From: an uncultured Verrucomicrobiae bacterium
GTDB taxonomy: Bacteria > Verrucomicrobiota > Verrucomicrobiia > Chthoniobacterales > Chthoniobacteraceae
DNA: 64,000 nt
NCBI GenBank assembly: GCA_963769025.1
Contig: CAVYKI010000006.1
Coordinates: 416,001-480,000 of the forward strand
Reading direction: 5' to 3'
The notes below the pieces were generated by a model. That model worked only from the letters and a program-made list of their open reading frames with translations, was not told the DNA's origin and searched no databases. The first letter of the stretch is position 1, and each line of letters opens with the position of its first letter. A program made the position numbers and the translations under genes. Below, in pieces: positions 30,747-40,595 of this stretch.

Positions 30747-31377
30747 TCACGGCGAGTCGGGTTCGGCGGCGACGGCGGTGCGGGCGACCTTCGCGACGTA
30801 GCGGAGCGCGACCACGGCGGCGATGATTCCGACGGCGAGGAAGACGTATTCGAGCGGGTGATGCGGCCTGCCTTTGCCGACGAGCGAGGAGAGGCTGCCG
30901 TGGAAGGTCGAGCCCATCCAGACGAAGAGGCTGTTGGCCGGAATGATCGCGAGACACGTCGCGCCGAGATACGGCCAGAAGCGCACGGGCGTGAGGCCGT
31001 AGCAGTAGTTGGCGATGCCGAACGGGATCGGCACGAAGCGCAGCAGCGCGACAATCTCTCCAGCCTTCGCGGGCGACGGCCTTGTCGATGAGGCGGAATT
31101 TTTCATTGTTGCCCAGCCAGCGGGTCACGGCGGCACGCGCGAGGTGCCGCGCGATCAGGAAGTTGATGCTCGCACCGACTGCGCAGCCCAGCATCAGGCC
31201 GACCCAGCCGCGCGTGAATCCGAAGAAGAGGCCGAATGCCATGCCCAGCGGCGCGACGGGCACCATGACGAGTTGCGCGGCGACAAAGATGCCGGCGAAC
31301 GCGAGAAGCCCGAGGGCGTTCATGTCCTGGATGCTTTGCTGGAGGCGTTCGAGGGATTGGACGAGTTGTTCGAGCAT
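30747..31377 (-). CDS. TVP38/TMEM64 (DedA/VTT) membrane protein (apparent indel near 31055)
   Basis: GLFFGF..GASINFLIARHLAR, LLRFVPIPFGIANY.YGLT. Confidence 0.85.
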
Positions 31378-31436
31378 GTGTGGAGCGCCTTTAGAGCGGG
31401 CATCGCGCCGCGCCGCGAGCGGGAAAAACGGCGGGC

Positions 31437-32789
31437 CTACGTTCCGGGCAGCGCGATTCCCTTCACCCGGCGGTAAAGCGCGACGGCGTAACTGTCCGTC
31501 ATCCCGCTCACGAAATCGAGCATGCGCATGAGCCGCAGATACGGCCCCTCCTCGTGCGCGGCGCGGACGCATTCGGCGGGGAGCTGGCTCGCGAGCTTTT
31601 TGCTGCGCTTCGAAGCACCGTCGCCTTGCGCCGCGATGTCGTTCACGGCGCTCATGAAGACATCGAGCAAACCGCCGAGGACTTCGTAGCCGGCGATCTC
31701 GATCTGCACGCCGCGCGGGGTTGTGTAGATGGTCTCGCGGCTGTGTTTCTGGATCGCGGCGAGCGCGGCGGCGGCGGGGATGACGTCGGTGAGCGGCGTG
31801 TCGAACTTTCCGTCGAGCAGATCCTTTTCGTGATCGAGGAAAAGCGCGGTGCATTGCGAAAGGCATTCGCCGATCGCCATCGCGCGGAGCATCTCGATGG
31901 CGGCCTTGGTCGATGTCATCCCGGTCAGATCCCGCGGGTGTCTCGCCGCAGGGAGGATGGTGAGAAATGCGTCGCGCACGGTCTCGTAGCTGAGGTGTCC
32001 GAGCCGCGCGCCGTCCTCGTAATCGACGAGTCGGTAGCAGATGTCATCCGCGGCCTCGACGAGGAATGCGAGCGGATGGCGCGCCCAGCATTCGGTTGCG
32101 CGCGTGAGCAGCCCGCAATGCCCCGCAACGTCAGCAAAGTGCCCGCGCTCGCTCTGGAAGTAGCCGAATTTTTTCAGGCTCGCGCCCTCATGCGCGACAG
32201 GGCCGGTGAGCGATGCATGCGGGTATTTCGTGAACGCGCCGAGCATCGCGCAGGTGAGCTGGAGGCCGCCGTTGTTGTCCGGCATCTGCAGGCGCGTGAG
32301 AATGCGGAAGCCCTGCGCGTTGCCCTCGTATCGTCCGATGTCGGCGGACTCCGTCTCGCTGAGTCCTTCGCGCGCATCGCGTGCATGCGGACTACCGCTC
32401 TTGAACCAATGCTGGATGGCGTCCTCGCCGCTGTGGCCGAAGGGCGGATTCCCGAGGTCGTGCCCGAGCGCCGCAGCGTGGACGATCGCGCCGAAGTCGG
32501 ACGCGTGCAGTCCTTCGTCGCCGAGGCAATGGCGGGCGCAAACTTCCGCGCCGACGCGCGTGCCGAGCGAGCGGCCGACGCTGGCGACTTCGAGCGAATG
32601 CGTGAGCCGCGTGCGGGCGAAGTCATTTTCCGCGAGGGGAAAGACCTGCGTCTTGTCCTGCAGCCGCCGGAACGCAGAGGAGAAAATGATGCGGTCGCTG
32701 TCGCGCTGGAAGTCGGAGCGCGCGGCCTCGCGGCGGCCGGGTTTCGCGCGGCCGAGCCGGTCTGCTGAGAGGAGTTGGAGCCAGTTCAC
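31437..32789 (-). CDS. dgt: dGTP triphosphohydrolase
   Basis: RDSDRIIFSSAFRRLQDKTQVF, TRLTHSLEV, HDLGNPPFGHSGE, EAADDICY, DFVSGMTDSYA. Confidence 0.93.
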   Translation of the reverse strand: MNWLQLLSADRLGRAKPGRREAARSDFQRDSDRIIFSSAFRRLQDKTQVFPLAENDFARTRLTHSLEVASVGRSLGTRVGAEVCARHCLGDEGLHASDFGAIVHAAALGHDLGNPPFGHSGEDAIQHWFKSGSPHARDAREGLSETESADIGRYEGNAQGFRILTRLQMPDNNGGLQLTCAMLGAFTKYPHASLTGPVAHEGASLKKFGYFQSERGHFADVAGHCGLLTRATECWARHPLAFLVEAADDICYRLVDYEDGARLGHLSYETVRDAFLTILPAARHPRDLTGMTSTKAAIEMLRAMAIGECLSQCTALFLDHEKDLLDGKFDTPLTDVIPAAAALAAIQKHSRETIYTTPRGVQIEIAGYEVLGGLLDVFMSAVNDIAAQGDGASKRSKKLASQLPAECVRAAHEEGPYLRLMRMLDFVSGMTDSYAVALYRRVKGIALPGT

Positions 32790-32808
32790 TGGGAGGCCGG
32801 TTCGCCCG

Positions 32809-32973
32809 CTATTTTGCCGCAGGATTCGGCGGTGGCTCGTAAGGCAGAACCACGGGCGGCGGTGGCGGCGGCGCGCTGCGCCATTCGATGAGCCAGCAGA
32901 CGCCGACAGCCAATGCGATCACGAAGATCGCGGAAATCGTTTTCCAGGCGCGGTCCGGCGCGGGACTAGGCAT
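32809..32973 (-). CDS. small single-TM protein with Pro-rich tail
   Basis: MPSPAPDRAWKTISAIFVIALAVGVCWLIEWRSAPPPPPP; overlaps the upstream stop and fills the gap to dgt. Confidence 0.5.
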   Translation of the reverse strand: MPSPAPDRAWKTISAIFVIALAVGVCWLIEWRSAPPPPPPVVLPYEPPPNPAAK

Positions 32974-33253
32974 CCACCAGGTTGCCGATCCGCTCGGCCA
33001 TCTCGAAGTCCATTTCGGTGAGGCCGCCCTTGCTGTGGGTCGAGAGGATGATGCGCACCTTCGCGTAGCGGATGTCGATGTCCGGGTGATGATCCATCTC
33101 CTCCGAGAGTTCCGCGACGCCATTGACGAAATCCACCGAGCCCGCGAAGTCGTCGAATTCGAACGTGCGCTCGAGGGCATTTTTTTCGAGATCCCACTCT
33201 GGGAGGTCCTTAAGGGCGGCTTTGATTTGCTTGGAATCGAGAAGTTGTGACAT
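32966..33253 (-). CDS. phhB: pterin-4-alpha-carbinolamine dehydratase
   Basis: LPEW..ERTFEFDDF..DHHPDIDIRY..STHSKGGLTEMDF. Confidence 0.9.
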   Translation of the reverse strand: MSQLLDSKQIKAALKDLPEWDLEKNALERTFEFDDFAGSVDFVNGVAELSEEMDHHPDIDIRYAKVRIILSTHSKGGLTEMDFEMAERIGNLVDA

Positions 33254-33367
33254 GGCGGTGTAATTTGGTGCGGGGGAATACCACGGCACGCAGGGTTGGC
33301 AACGGGTTTTTGCGCCGCGCGCTCCGGCGGTTTGACAATTCACACCACGGCGGGAGACAACCGCGCC

Positions 33368-34417
33368 ATGCAAACCTCCCGCCGCTCCTTCCTCACGACC
33401 CTCGGAACCCTCGCCGCCGCGCCGCTTCTCGCCCGGGACTTCGGAAAGAACGGGGCGCCGGTGCGCTACCCGGAGCCCGACGTCATCGCGCTGGAGGACT
33501 CGTTTAGGAAAATCAAAATCGGCAATGCATCCATCGAGCGGCTTCACACCGGCATGCGCTGGGCCGAGGGACCGGCGTGGAGCGGGCAGGGGCAGTATCT
33601 CATGTGGAGCGACATCCCGAATGACGTGCAGATGCGCTATCTGCCGGACGACGGCCACGTGAGCGTCATCCACAAGCCTGCGGGATTCAGCAACGGCAAC
33701 ACCTTCGACCGCGAGGGCCGACAGCTCTCGTGCGAGCACGGCACGCGGCGCGTGGTGCGCTACGAGGCAAATGGCCAGGTGACGGTGCTCGCCGAGAAGT
33801 TTGGCGGGAAGCCGTTCAACGCACCGAACGACATTGTGGTAACGCCCGACGGCGCGATTTGGTTCACCGACCCCGGCTACGGCGCGCTCTTTGAATACGA
33901 GGGGAAAAAGCTGCCGCTGGAGATCAAGGAAGCCGTCTATCGCATCGATCCCGCGACGGCGAAGACCGAGAAAGTGACCGACGAGATTTTCAAGCCGAAC
34001 GGGCTCTGCTTTTCGCCGGACTACAAGAAGCTCTACGTCGCCGACACGGGAGCTTCGCACTACAAGGAGGCGCCGAAGAACATCAAGGTCTGGGACGTGG
34101 ACGGCGCGAAGCTGAAGAACGGCCGCCAGTACGTCTCAATGGAGATGGAACTGAAGGGCGAGAAGGTCGCCGGCATGGCCGACGGCATCCGCTGCGACAC
34201 GGAGGGCAATGTGTGGGTCGGCGCCGGATGGGTCGGCGCGGGCTACGACGGCGTCCACATTTTCTCGCCCGAAGGCCAGCGCATCGGCCAGATCCTGCTG
34301 CCGGAGATTTGCGCGAACGTCTGCTTCGGCGGACCGCGCCGGAACCGACTCTTCATGGCCGCGAGCCAGTCGCTCTACGCGGTGTACGTGGAGGCAAAGG
34401 GCGCTCATTTTTGCTGA
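33368..34417 (+). CDS. SMP-30/gluconolactonase family protein, Tat-exported
   Basis: SRRSFL Tat motif, WAEGPAW, SNGN, NAPND, WFTDP, PNGLCFSPD, ADGIRCD. Confidence 0.92.
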   Translation: MQTSRRSFLTTLGTLAAAPLLARDFGKNGAPVRYPEPDVIALEDSFRKIKIGNASIERLHTGMRWAEGPAWSGQGQYLMWSDIPNDVQMRYLPDDGHVSVIHKPAGFSNGNTFDREGRQLSCEHGTRRVVRYEANGQVTVLAEKFGGKPFNAPNDIVVTPDGAIWFTDPGYGALFEYEGKKLPLEIKEAVYRIDPATAKTEKVTDEIFKPNGLCFSPDYKKLYVADTGASHYKEAPKNIKVWDVDGAKLKNGRQYVSMEMELKGEKVAGMADGIRCDTEGNVWVGAGWVGAGYDGVHIFSPEGQRIGQILLPEICANVCFGGPRRNRLFMAASQSLYAVYVEAKGAHFC

Positions 34418-34478
34418 GGAAAAAGCGACGCTGAGAGTTGCAGTCGCCAAATCACGCGGCGCGTGTTTTCTTTCGCGG

Positions 34479-35201
34479 ATGAAGCGACTCCTTTTCCTCC
34501 CCGCGCTCTTCATCCTCGCGACTGCGCTCGCCGATGAGGCCCCGAAGCTGCCGTCGCCGCTCTACGAAACGCGTGCGGAGCATGACAGGAATGGCATCGG
34601 GAAGTTTTTCATGGGGCGTGAGATCGCGCACATCATGGGACATCAGGCCGCGGGCTGGCTGGAGCGACCGGAGCGCGAGGAAGAGGAGCGGACGGACAAG
34701 CTGGTCGAGATGCTCGGCTTGAAGCCCGGCATGAGCGTCGCCGACATCGGCTGCGGCACGGGCTACCTTTCGCAGCGCATCGCGCCGCGCATCCTGCCTG
34801 GAGGCATTGTGTATGGCGTGGATATCCAAAAGGAGATGCTCGACCTGCTCGTGCCGAAGATGAAGGCGAAGGGCATCGAAAACGTGAAGCCCATCCTCGG
34901 TGGCGATGCGGACCCGAAGCTCGATCCCGAGAGCTGCGACATGATGGTGATGGTGGACGTGTATCACGAGTTCGAGTTCCCGTACGAGATGATCCGCAAG
35001 ATGATCGCCGGGCTGAAAAAGGGCGGGCAGATCGTGTTCATCGAGTATCGCGGCGAGGACCCGTCGGTGCCCATCAAACTCGTCCACAAGATGACCGAGG
35101 CGCAGGTGAAAAAGGAACTCGCGCTCCACCCGGAGATGGAGTGGGTGCGGACGAAGGGCGACCTCCCTCAGCAGCACATGCTGTTTTTCCGGAGAAAGTA
35201 G
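34479..35201 (+). CDS. class I SAM-dependent methyltransferase with signal peptide
   Basis: VADIGCGTGY, GVDIQ, DVYHEF, IEYRGED. Confidence 0.85.
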   Translation: MKRLLFLPALFILATALADEAPKLPSPLYETRAEHDRNGIGKFFMGREIAHIMGHQAAGWLERPEREEEERTDKLVEMLGLKPGMSVADIGCGTGYLSQRIAPRILPGGIVYGVDIQKEMLDLLVPKMKAKGIENVKPILGGDADPKLDPESCDMMVMVDVYHEFEFPYEMIRKMIAGLKKGGQIVFIEYRGEDPSVPIKLVHKMTEAQVKKELALHPEMEWVRTKGDLPQQHMLFFRRK

Positions 35202-36104
35202 ATGGCACCCCGAAGCGCCGCGACCGCGCGGAAAATCCGCCTCCCGCGAAGCCGCGTCGGCTACGTGTGGCGAAAGCTGACGACCGTAAAGTGGGAGGAC
35301 GTGTGGCTGGAACGCCTCGGCTGGCTCGGCCAGCGGCTGGTGATGGTCACGCTCGCAGGCTCGCGCACGTTGCGGATCGAGGCTTACCATGTCACCGGAG
35401 AAGAGGCTGAGATGCTCGTGCGGGAATTCGGGGGTACCGTCCGCGTCGCCCGACCGCTCACCCAAAAGGAACTCGAGCCGAAGCCACGCCCGCCGCTGCG
35501 CGTTCGCGGGAAGCTGCTCGTGGTTTCCAGCGAAAAGGAGCTCTCGCTCGCGGCGAAGCGGAGCCCGCACATTCCTGCGCTTCTCATCCCGGCGACCGTC
35601 GCCTTTGGCACCGGCGAACATGCGACGACGGCGACGTGCCTGCGCGTGCTCGCGGATGTCGCGGCGGGGCTCCGCGCCGGAGAATGGGAGGCGCTCGACA
35701 TCGGCACCGGCAGCGGCATCCTCGCTCTGGCGGCGCGGATTTTCGGAGCGCGGAAAGTCGAGGCCGGTGATTTCGATCCCGTCGCCGTGCGCGTCGCGAA
35801 GGAGAACGCCACTGCGAATGACATCCGCGGCGTCCACTTTGCCCGCATGGATGTGGTGAAGTGGAGCGTCCCGCGCCGCTGGCCGGTCGTGCTGGCGAAT
35901 GTCTTCAGCACCACGCTCATCGCCGCCGCGCCGCGGATCGTGCGCGCGGTGGGGCAGGGCGGGCACCTGATCCTCAGCGGCATCCTGCGCACGCAGGAAG
36001 GTGAAGTGCTCGCCGCATTCCGCAAACAGCGCTGCCGTCTCGAGCGCGCGGTGCGGAAGGGCAAGTGGGTGACGCTGCTCTGCCGCCGGGCAAAGTCGAG
36101 CTAG
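35202..36104 (+). CDS. prmA: ribosomal protein L11 methyltransferase
   Basis: AFGTGEHATT..CL, LDIGTGSGILA, LAN, LILSGIL. Confidence 0.88.
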   Translation: MAPRSAATARKIRLPRSRVGYVWRKLTTVKWEDVWLERLGWLGQRLVMVTLAGSRTLRIEAYHVTGEEAEMLVREFGGTVRVARPLTQKELEPKPRPPLRVRGKLLVVSSEKELSLAAKRSPHIPALLIPATVAFGTGEHATTATCLRVLADVAAGLRAGEWEALDIGTGSGILALAARIFGARKVEAGDFDPVAVRVAKENATANDIRGVHFARMDVVKWSVPRRWPVVLANVFSTTLIAAAPRIVRAVGQGGHLILSGILRTQEGEVLAAFRKQRCRLERAVRKGKWVTLLCRRAKSS

Positions 36105-38260
36105 GGCTCGAAGTCCGCCCAGCGCACGAGCGGCGCCAGCACTTGCTGGCCATCGTGGTGCCAGTCGAGCGGAGGGGCCTGCATTTTGCCAATGGCGCAG
36201 ATGCGCGAAAATCCGAGTGCTGCGGCGAAATCGCGGTTCGCTGGATTGGCGGGCCAGATGCCGCAGGTGCTCAGGTGCGCGCGATGCGGCGCGAGCAGCG
36301 GGGCCAATTTGGCAGGCAGCGGTTTGACGAAAATCACCCGGTTAAGCGGCGAACGCGGGAGCGTGGCGCTGCGATCCACGACGACCGTCCATGCGGTGTC
36401 GGCGCTCGCAAAAACCTCGAGAGGTTCGCCGTTCGCAGCGCGGAATGCCGTTTCCTCGCGCAGTGTCCGAATGCTGTTCGCCTCGCTGACCGGGAGTGCG
36501 CCGCGTGGCGTGTGCCTTTCAAAACGGGCCATCGCCGCAGCCAGTCGCCGTGCATAGGCGCTCGTTGCGGCTTTTCCTTTTTCCCGGATGAAAATGACCT
36601 GCGGCGAGAGGCAGCCTTGCTGATCAAAAATCGAGGCATCATGCGCGGCTCCGCCGACACTGCGGAAGGTAGAGTCGTCGGAAACAATCGCGATGCTGAG
36701 CCGGTGGCCGTGGGCGAGAAATGGAATGCCCGGCGGGAGCGCCGCACGCACAGCGGCAACGGTCTCATCGCGACCGAAGACGACGGCCGCATCCGCGTGC
36801 TCCAGCCATGATTTTGGGAGATCCTCCGAAAGGTTCAGGCGTTCCGCGAGGGGTTTGGGAAGCCGTGCCCGAAAATCGCGCACTTCGCGGATTCCGCCTG
36901 CGGGCAGCTTGCAGAGGTTGTCCGAACCGAGGAGCAAGCCCCGAAGGATCGTCTGCAATGCCGCTGCGGGGGTGTTGCCGCTGAGAACATGGAGGATGCG
37001 CTGCGGCGCGAGCGCGCGGACGGACTTGCGGCCTTTGCGGACGAATTGATCGAGGATTTTTGCGTCGCCCAATTCTGCCCTGACGAGATTGAGAAGATCG
37101 CGTGCGCTGCATTTTCCGAGATAGGCGAACGCGGAGGCGGCCTTCGCGAGAGACTTCGCGCGGGATGCGGTGTCCGGGAGCCGGCTGCGCGGAGGCGGCG
37201 GAAGCACACGTGATGAAACGCGGACGGGAGCCGGTGACGCGGAAGCACCTTGGAGAATTTCATCGGCACGCCGCGAGCACCCGCGCGGGATCGCCGCCGG
37301 ATCGCGGCCGATGAGCGCGAAGCCATTCGCGCGCCGGATGGCGAGGTCGGCGGTCTGGATCGCGAGCACGCTGCCGACATTTGCGAGATCGAAGAGGCGC
37401 AGCACGCCGGCGTCGTTGATGGGCACTTCCTTGCCCGAGTCGGGATTCACGACGATTGCACGCAGCCACGATGGCGGCGCGTGCGGCCGACCGATGCCAT
37501 GTGTGTAGGCCTGCGAGGAAAGCTCGGTCATCCCGTATTCGTTCCACACGGCGTCGGCAGGCAGGCCGAGGGATTCGCGAAACATCGCGTAGAGCTGCTG
37601 CTTTGGAATGTCGCGCCCCGTGCCTTTGTAGCCGCCGGTTTCGAGGGCAAAGCTGCCTTTTGGCAGGCGGATCCGCCGGTCGCCGAGGCGCTCGAAGAGC
37701 GACAGGAACGCGAGCGCCGTGCCGAACACCGCGCATGGGCCGGAGTCCGCGAGGCGTTCCAGCTTTTCCGCGGAGGCGTGAATGTCGAAGACCGCACGCG
37801 AGGTCGTCTGCTTTGCAAAAACTCCGAACATGTGCGCGAGCGACGATTCGGGAGCATCGGCAGGAGACTGCGCGAGGAAAAGCGCGGGGAGCTTTGAAAG
37901 CTGCAACCCACGCCAACCCGCGAGGAGGCTTGCCTCGTAAAGTGCGGTGTCGAGGAAGTGATGCTCGCCGCGGGCCTCGCCGGTGGTGCCGCTGGTGAGA
38001 AATGTTGTCCGGGTGAGTCTGGCCGGAAAGCACGAGAGCCGGAATTGCTTGAACATTGCCTGGGGCACCGCGGGGATTTCGCGCCAGGTTGCGGGTGCTG
38101 GGAGGGTTGCACACCACTTTGCATAGGGCCTGTTCCAACGCCGCTGGAACGTGTGGATTTCGAGTGCGAGCGAGTTGAAGTCCGCGTCGGGCAGATTCTC
38201 GCCGAGAGAGCGAATCGTGCGCTTCTCGAGCGTGGCATATTCGTTGCAGGGCGATTTCAC
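36101..38260 (-). CDS. fused acyl-protein synthetase (LuxE-like) and acyl-CoA reductase (LuxC-like)
   Basis: N half: FLTSGTT, ETGGYKG, NEYGMTELSSQ, IQTADL, RGCS; C half: HVLSGNTP, FGRDET, GHRLS, DQQGCLSPQ, GKMQ.PP..HDG; start uncertain. Confidence 0.8.
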   Translation of the reverse strand: MKSPCNEYATLEKRTIRSLGENLPDADFNSLALEIHTFQRRWNRPYAKWCATLPAPATWREIPAVPQAMFKQFRLSCFPARLTRTTFLTSGTTGEARGEHHFLDTALYEASLLAGWRGLQLSKLPALFLAQSPADAPESSLAHMFGVFAKQTTSRAVFDIHASAEKLERLADSGPCAVFGTALAFLSLFERLGDRRIRLPKGSFALETGGYKGTGRDIPKQQLYAMFRESLGLPADAVWNEYGMTELSSQAYTHGIGRPHAPPSWLRAIVVNPDSGKEVPINDAGVLRLFDLANVGSVLAIQTADLAIRRANGFALIGRDPAAIPRGCSRRADEILQGASASPAPVRVSSRVLPPPPRSRLPDTASRAKSLAKAASAFAYLGKCSARDLLNLVRAELGDAKILDQFVRKGRKSVRALAPQRILHVLSGNTPAAALQTILRGLLLGSDNLCKLPAGGIREVRDFRARLPKPLAERLNLSEDLPKSWLEHADAAVVFGRDETVAAVRAALPPGIPFLAHGHRLSIAIVSDDSTFRSVGGAAHDASIFDQQGCLSPQVIFIREKGKAATSAYARRLAAAMARFERHTPRGALPVSEANSIRTLREETAFRAANGEPLEVFASADTAWTVVVDRSATLPRSPLNRVIFVKPLPAKLAPLLAPHRAHLSTCGIWPANPANRDFAAALGFSRICAIGKMQAPPLDWHHDGQQVLAPLVRWADFEP

Positions 38261-38372
38261 CGGTGCACGGTGTGGCGTTTTGCAATCGTAACGCAAGCTG
38301 ACCGTGGCGGCTGGACACGCACTGCACGCCTTGCCAGCGCACGGAGGCTGGGTACTCTGGCCGCGTCGCACA

Positions 38373-40559
38373 ATGTTCCGCTCCCTCATCCTCCTCGCTT
38401 TGGTCGCCCTGCCGCTGAACGCCGCGGAGGTTTCGTTCCGCAATCACGTCCAGCCGATTCTCGCGAAGACCGGCTGCTCGTCGGGTGCGTGCCACGGGGC
38501 GGCGGCGGGGCAGGGGGGCTTCAGGCTTTCGTTGCGCGGGTATGACACAGAAGGCGATTGGCTCATGCTGACGCGCGGTGCGTTTGGGCGGCGCATCGAC
38601 ACCACCGATCCGGCGCGTTCGCTGTTCTTACTGAAGACGACTTCCGCGGTGCCACACAAGGGAGGCGAGCGGTTCAAGGTGCATTCGCCGGAGTGGCAGA
38701 CGCTCGTGGACTGGGTCGCGGCCGGCGCACCGGGGCCGAAGGAGGACGACGTGCGCATCGAGCGCATCGAGGTCGTGCCGCCGCGCGCGCGGGTGAAGGT
38801 CGGACAGGAGCAGCAGTTTCAGGTGCGCGCGCATTTCTCCGACGGACACAGCGAGGACGTGACGCGCTACGCGAAGTTCACGGCGACGAACCAGACGGTG
38901 GCGAATGTGGACGACCTCGGAAAAGTCACGGTGCTCGGCAATGGCGAGAGCGCGGTGACCGCTTGGTATCTCCAGAAGATCACGTTCGCGACAGTCGAGG
39001 CGCCCTTTGAAAACGAAATCCCGCCGCAGGCATTTGTGGATGCGCCGAGGCGGAACTGGATCGACGGCCTCGTGCTCGAAAAGCTCCGCGATCTGAACAT
39101 CCCGCCGTCGCCGCGCTGCACGGATGAGGAATTCCTCCGCCGCGCGTACCTCGACACGATCGGGGTGCTGCCGACTGCGCAGGAGGTGCGCGCATTCCTG
39201 GCCGACGCGAGCACGGGCAAGCGCGACGCGGTGATCGAGCGGTTGCTGAAGCGTCCGGAGTTCACGGACTACTGGGCCTACAAATGGAGCGACCTTTTGC
39301 TCGTGACGAAGCGCAAGCTGCCGCTGCCTGCGGTGTGGGCGTATTACAAATGGATCCGCGACGAGGTGGCGACGAACACGCCGTGGGACGAATTTGCGCG
39401 ACGTCTGCTGACGGCGCACGGCAGCACGTTGGAGAACGGGGCGGCGAACTATTTCGTGATGACGCCCGACGCTCGCGACCTGTCGGAGAAGACGGCGGTG
39501 ACGTTTCTCGGCATCTCGACGAACTGCGCGCGGTGCCACAATCACCCGATGGAGAAGTGGACGAACAACGACTACTTCGGCTACGCCAACCTGTTCGCGC
39601 GGGTGCGGTTCAAGAATGGCGCCAGCGGGGAAGGCGACCGGATCGTCTTTGCGGCGGATGATGGCGACCTCGTGCAGCCGCTCACGGGCAAGCCGCAGTT
39701 GCCGCGTCCGCTCGGCGGCAAGGCGCTCACGCAGGACGCTCCCGGCGACCGTCGCGAGGCGCTCGTGGAATGGCTCACCGCGCCGGAGAATCCGTATTTC
39801 TCGCGGGCGATCGTGAACCGTGTGTGGGCGAATTTCTTCGGCGTCGGGCTGGTCGAGGCCGTGGACGACATCCGCGAGACGAATCCTGCAAGCAACGAGG
39901 CGCTTTTCTCCGCCGCGGCGAAATGGCTGCGCGACAACCGCTACGATCTGCGGGCGCTGATGCGGGAGATTTTGCAGAGCGAAACCTACCAGCGCAGCAG
40001 CGTGCCGCTGCCGGGGAACAAGGACGACACGCGCTTTTACTCGCGCTACTACCCGCGCCGGCTGATGGCAGAGGTGTTGCACGACGCCGTGGCGCAGGTC
40101 ACGGAGGTGCCGACGATGTTCAAGACGAGGAATCCGTATGACCAGGGCGACAAGGGCGACGCATTCCCCGCCGGCTGGCGCGCGGTGCAGTTGCCGGACG
40201 TGAATACGGACAGCTACTTCACGAAGGTGTTCGGGCGCCCATTGCGCGAGCAGACTTGTGAATGCGAACGCACGGAGGAGCCGAACGTGACCCAGGCGCT
40301 GCACATGGCGAATGGCGAAACGGTCAACGCGAAGCTGCGGGAAGCATCAAGCGTGGTGGGCAAGGCGTTCGCCGCGAAGAAGCCGGTCGAGGTGTGGCTG
40401 GAGGACGCGTATCTCTCGGCGCTCGGCCGTCTGCCGACGGCGGCGGAAAAAGACTCGGTCGTGCGCGCCATGGCGGATGCGAAGGACGGGCAGCGGCTGG
40501 TGATGGAGGACGTTTACTGGGCGCTGATGAGCAACCGGGAATTCATCTTCAATCACTGA
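38373..40559 (+). CDS. DUF1549/DUF1553 (PSCyt2/PSD1) protein with Ig-like domain
   Basis: GCSSGACHG, FLRRAYLDTIGVLPT, CARCHNHP, NPYFSRAIVNRVWA, YQRSS, CECER, EFIFNH. Confidence 0.9.
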   Translation: MFRSLILLALVALPLNAAEVSFRNHVQPILAKTGCSSGACHGAAAGQGGFRLSLRGYDTEGDWLMLTRGAFGRRIDTTDPARSLFLLKTTSAVPHKGGERFKVHSPEWQTLVDWVAAGAPGPKEDDVRIERIEVVPPRARVKVGQEQQFQVRAHFSDGHSEDVTRYAKFTATNQTVANVDDLGKVTVLGNGESAVTAWYLQKITFATVEAPFENEIPPQAFVDAPRRNWIDGLVLEKLRDLNIPPSPRCTDEEFLRRAYLDTIGVLPTAQEVRAFLADASTGKRDAVIERLLKRPEFTDYWAYKWSDLLLVTKRKLPLPAVWAYYKWIRDEVATNTPWDEFARRLLTAHGSTLENGAANYFVMTPDARDLSEKTAVTFLGISTNCARCHNHPMEKWTNNDYFGYANLFARVRFKNGASGEGDRIVFAADDGDLVQPLTGKPQLPRPLGGKALTQDAPGDRREALVEWLTAPENPYFSRAIVNRVWANFFGVGLVEAVDDIRETNPASNEALFSAAAKWLRDNRYDLRALMREILQSETYQRSSVPLPGNKDDTRFYSRYYPRRLMAEVLHDAVAQVTEVPTMFKTRNPYDQGDKGDAFPAGWRAVQLPDVNTDSYFTKVFGRPLREQTCECERTEEPNVTQALHMANGETVNAKLREASSVVGKAFAAKKPVEVWLEDAYLSALGRLPTAAEKDSVVRAMADAKDGQRLVMEDVYWALMSNREFIFNH

Positions 40560-40595
40560 GGCCGGCGGGAACGGAGTGCCGGCACCACGCGGCAG

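Noticed and set aside
31437..32789. dGTPase as an antiphage system
   Set aside because: It looks like the ordinary housekeeping Dgt, with host-like codon usage and housekeeping neighbours.
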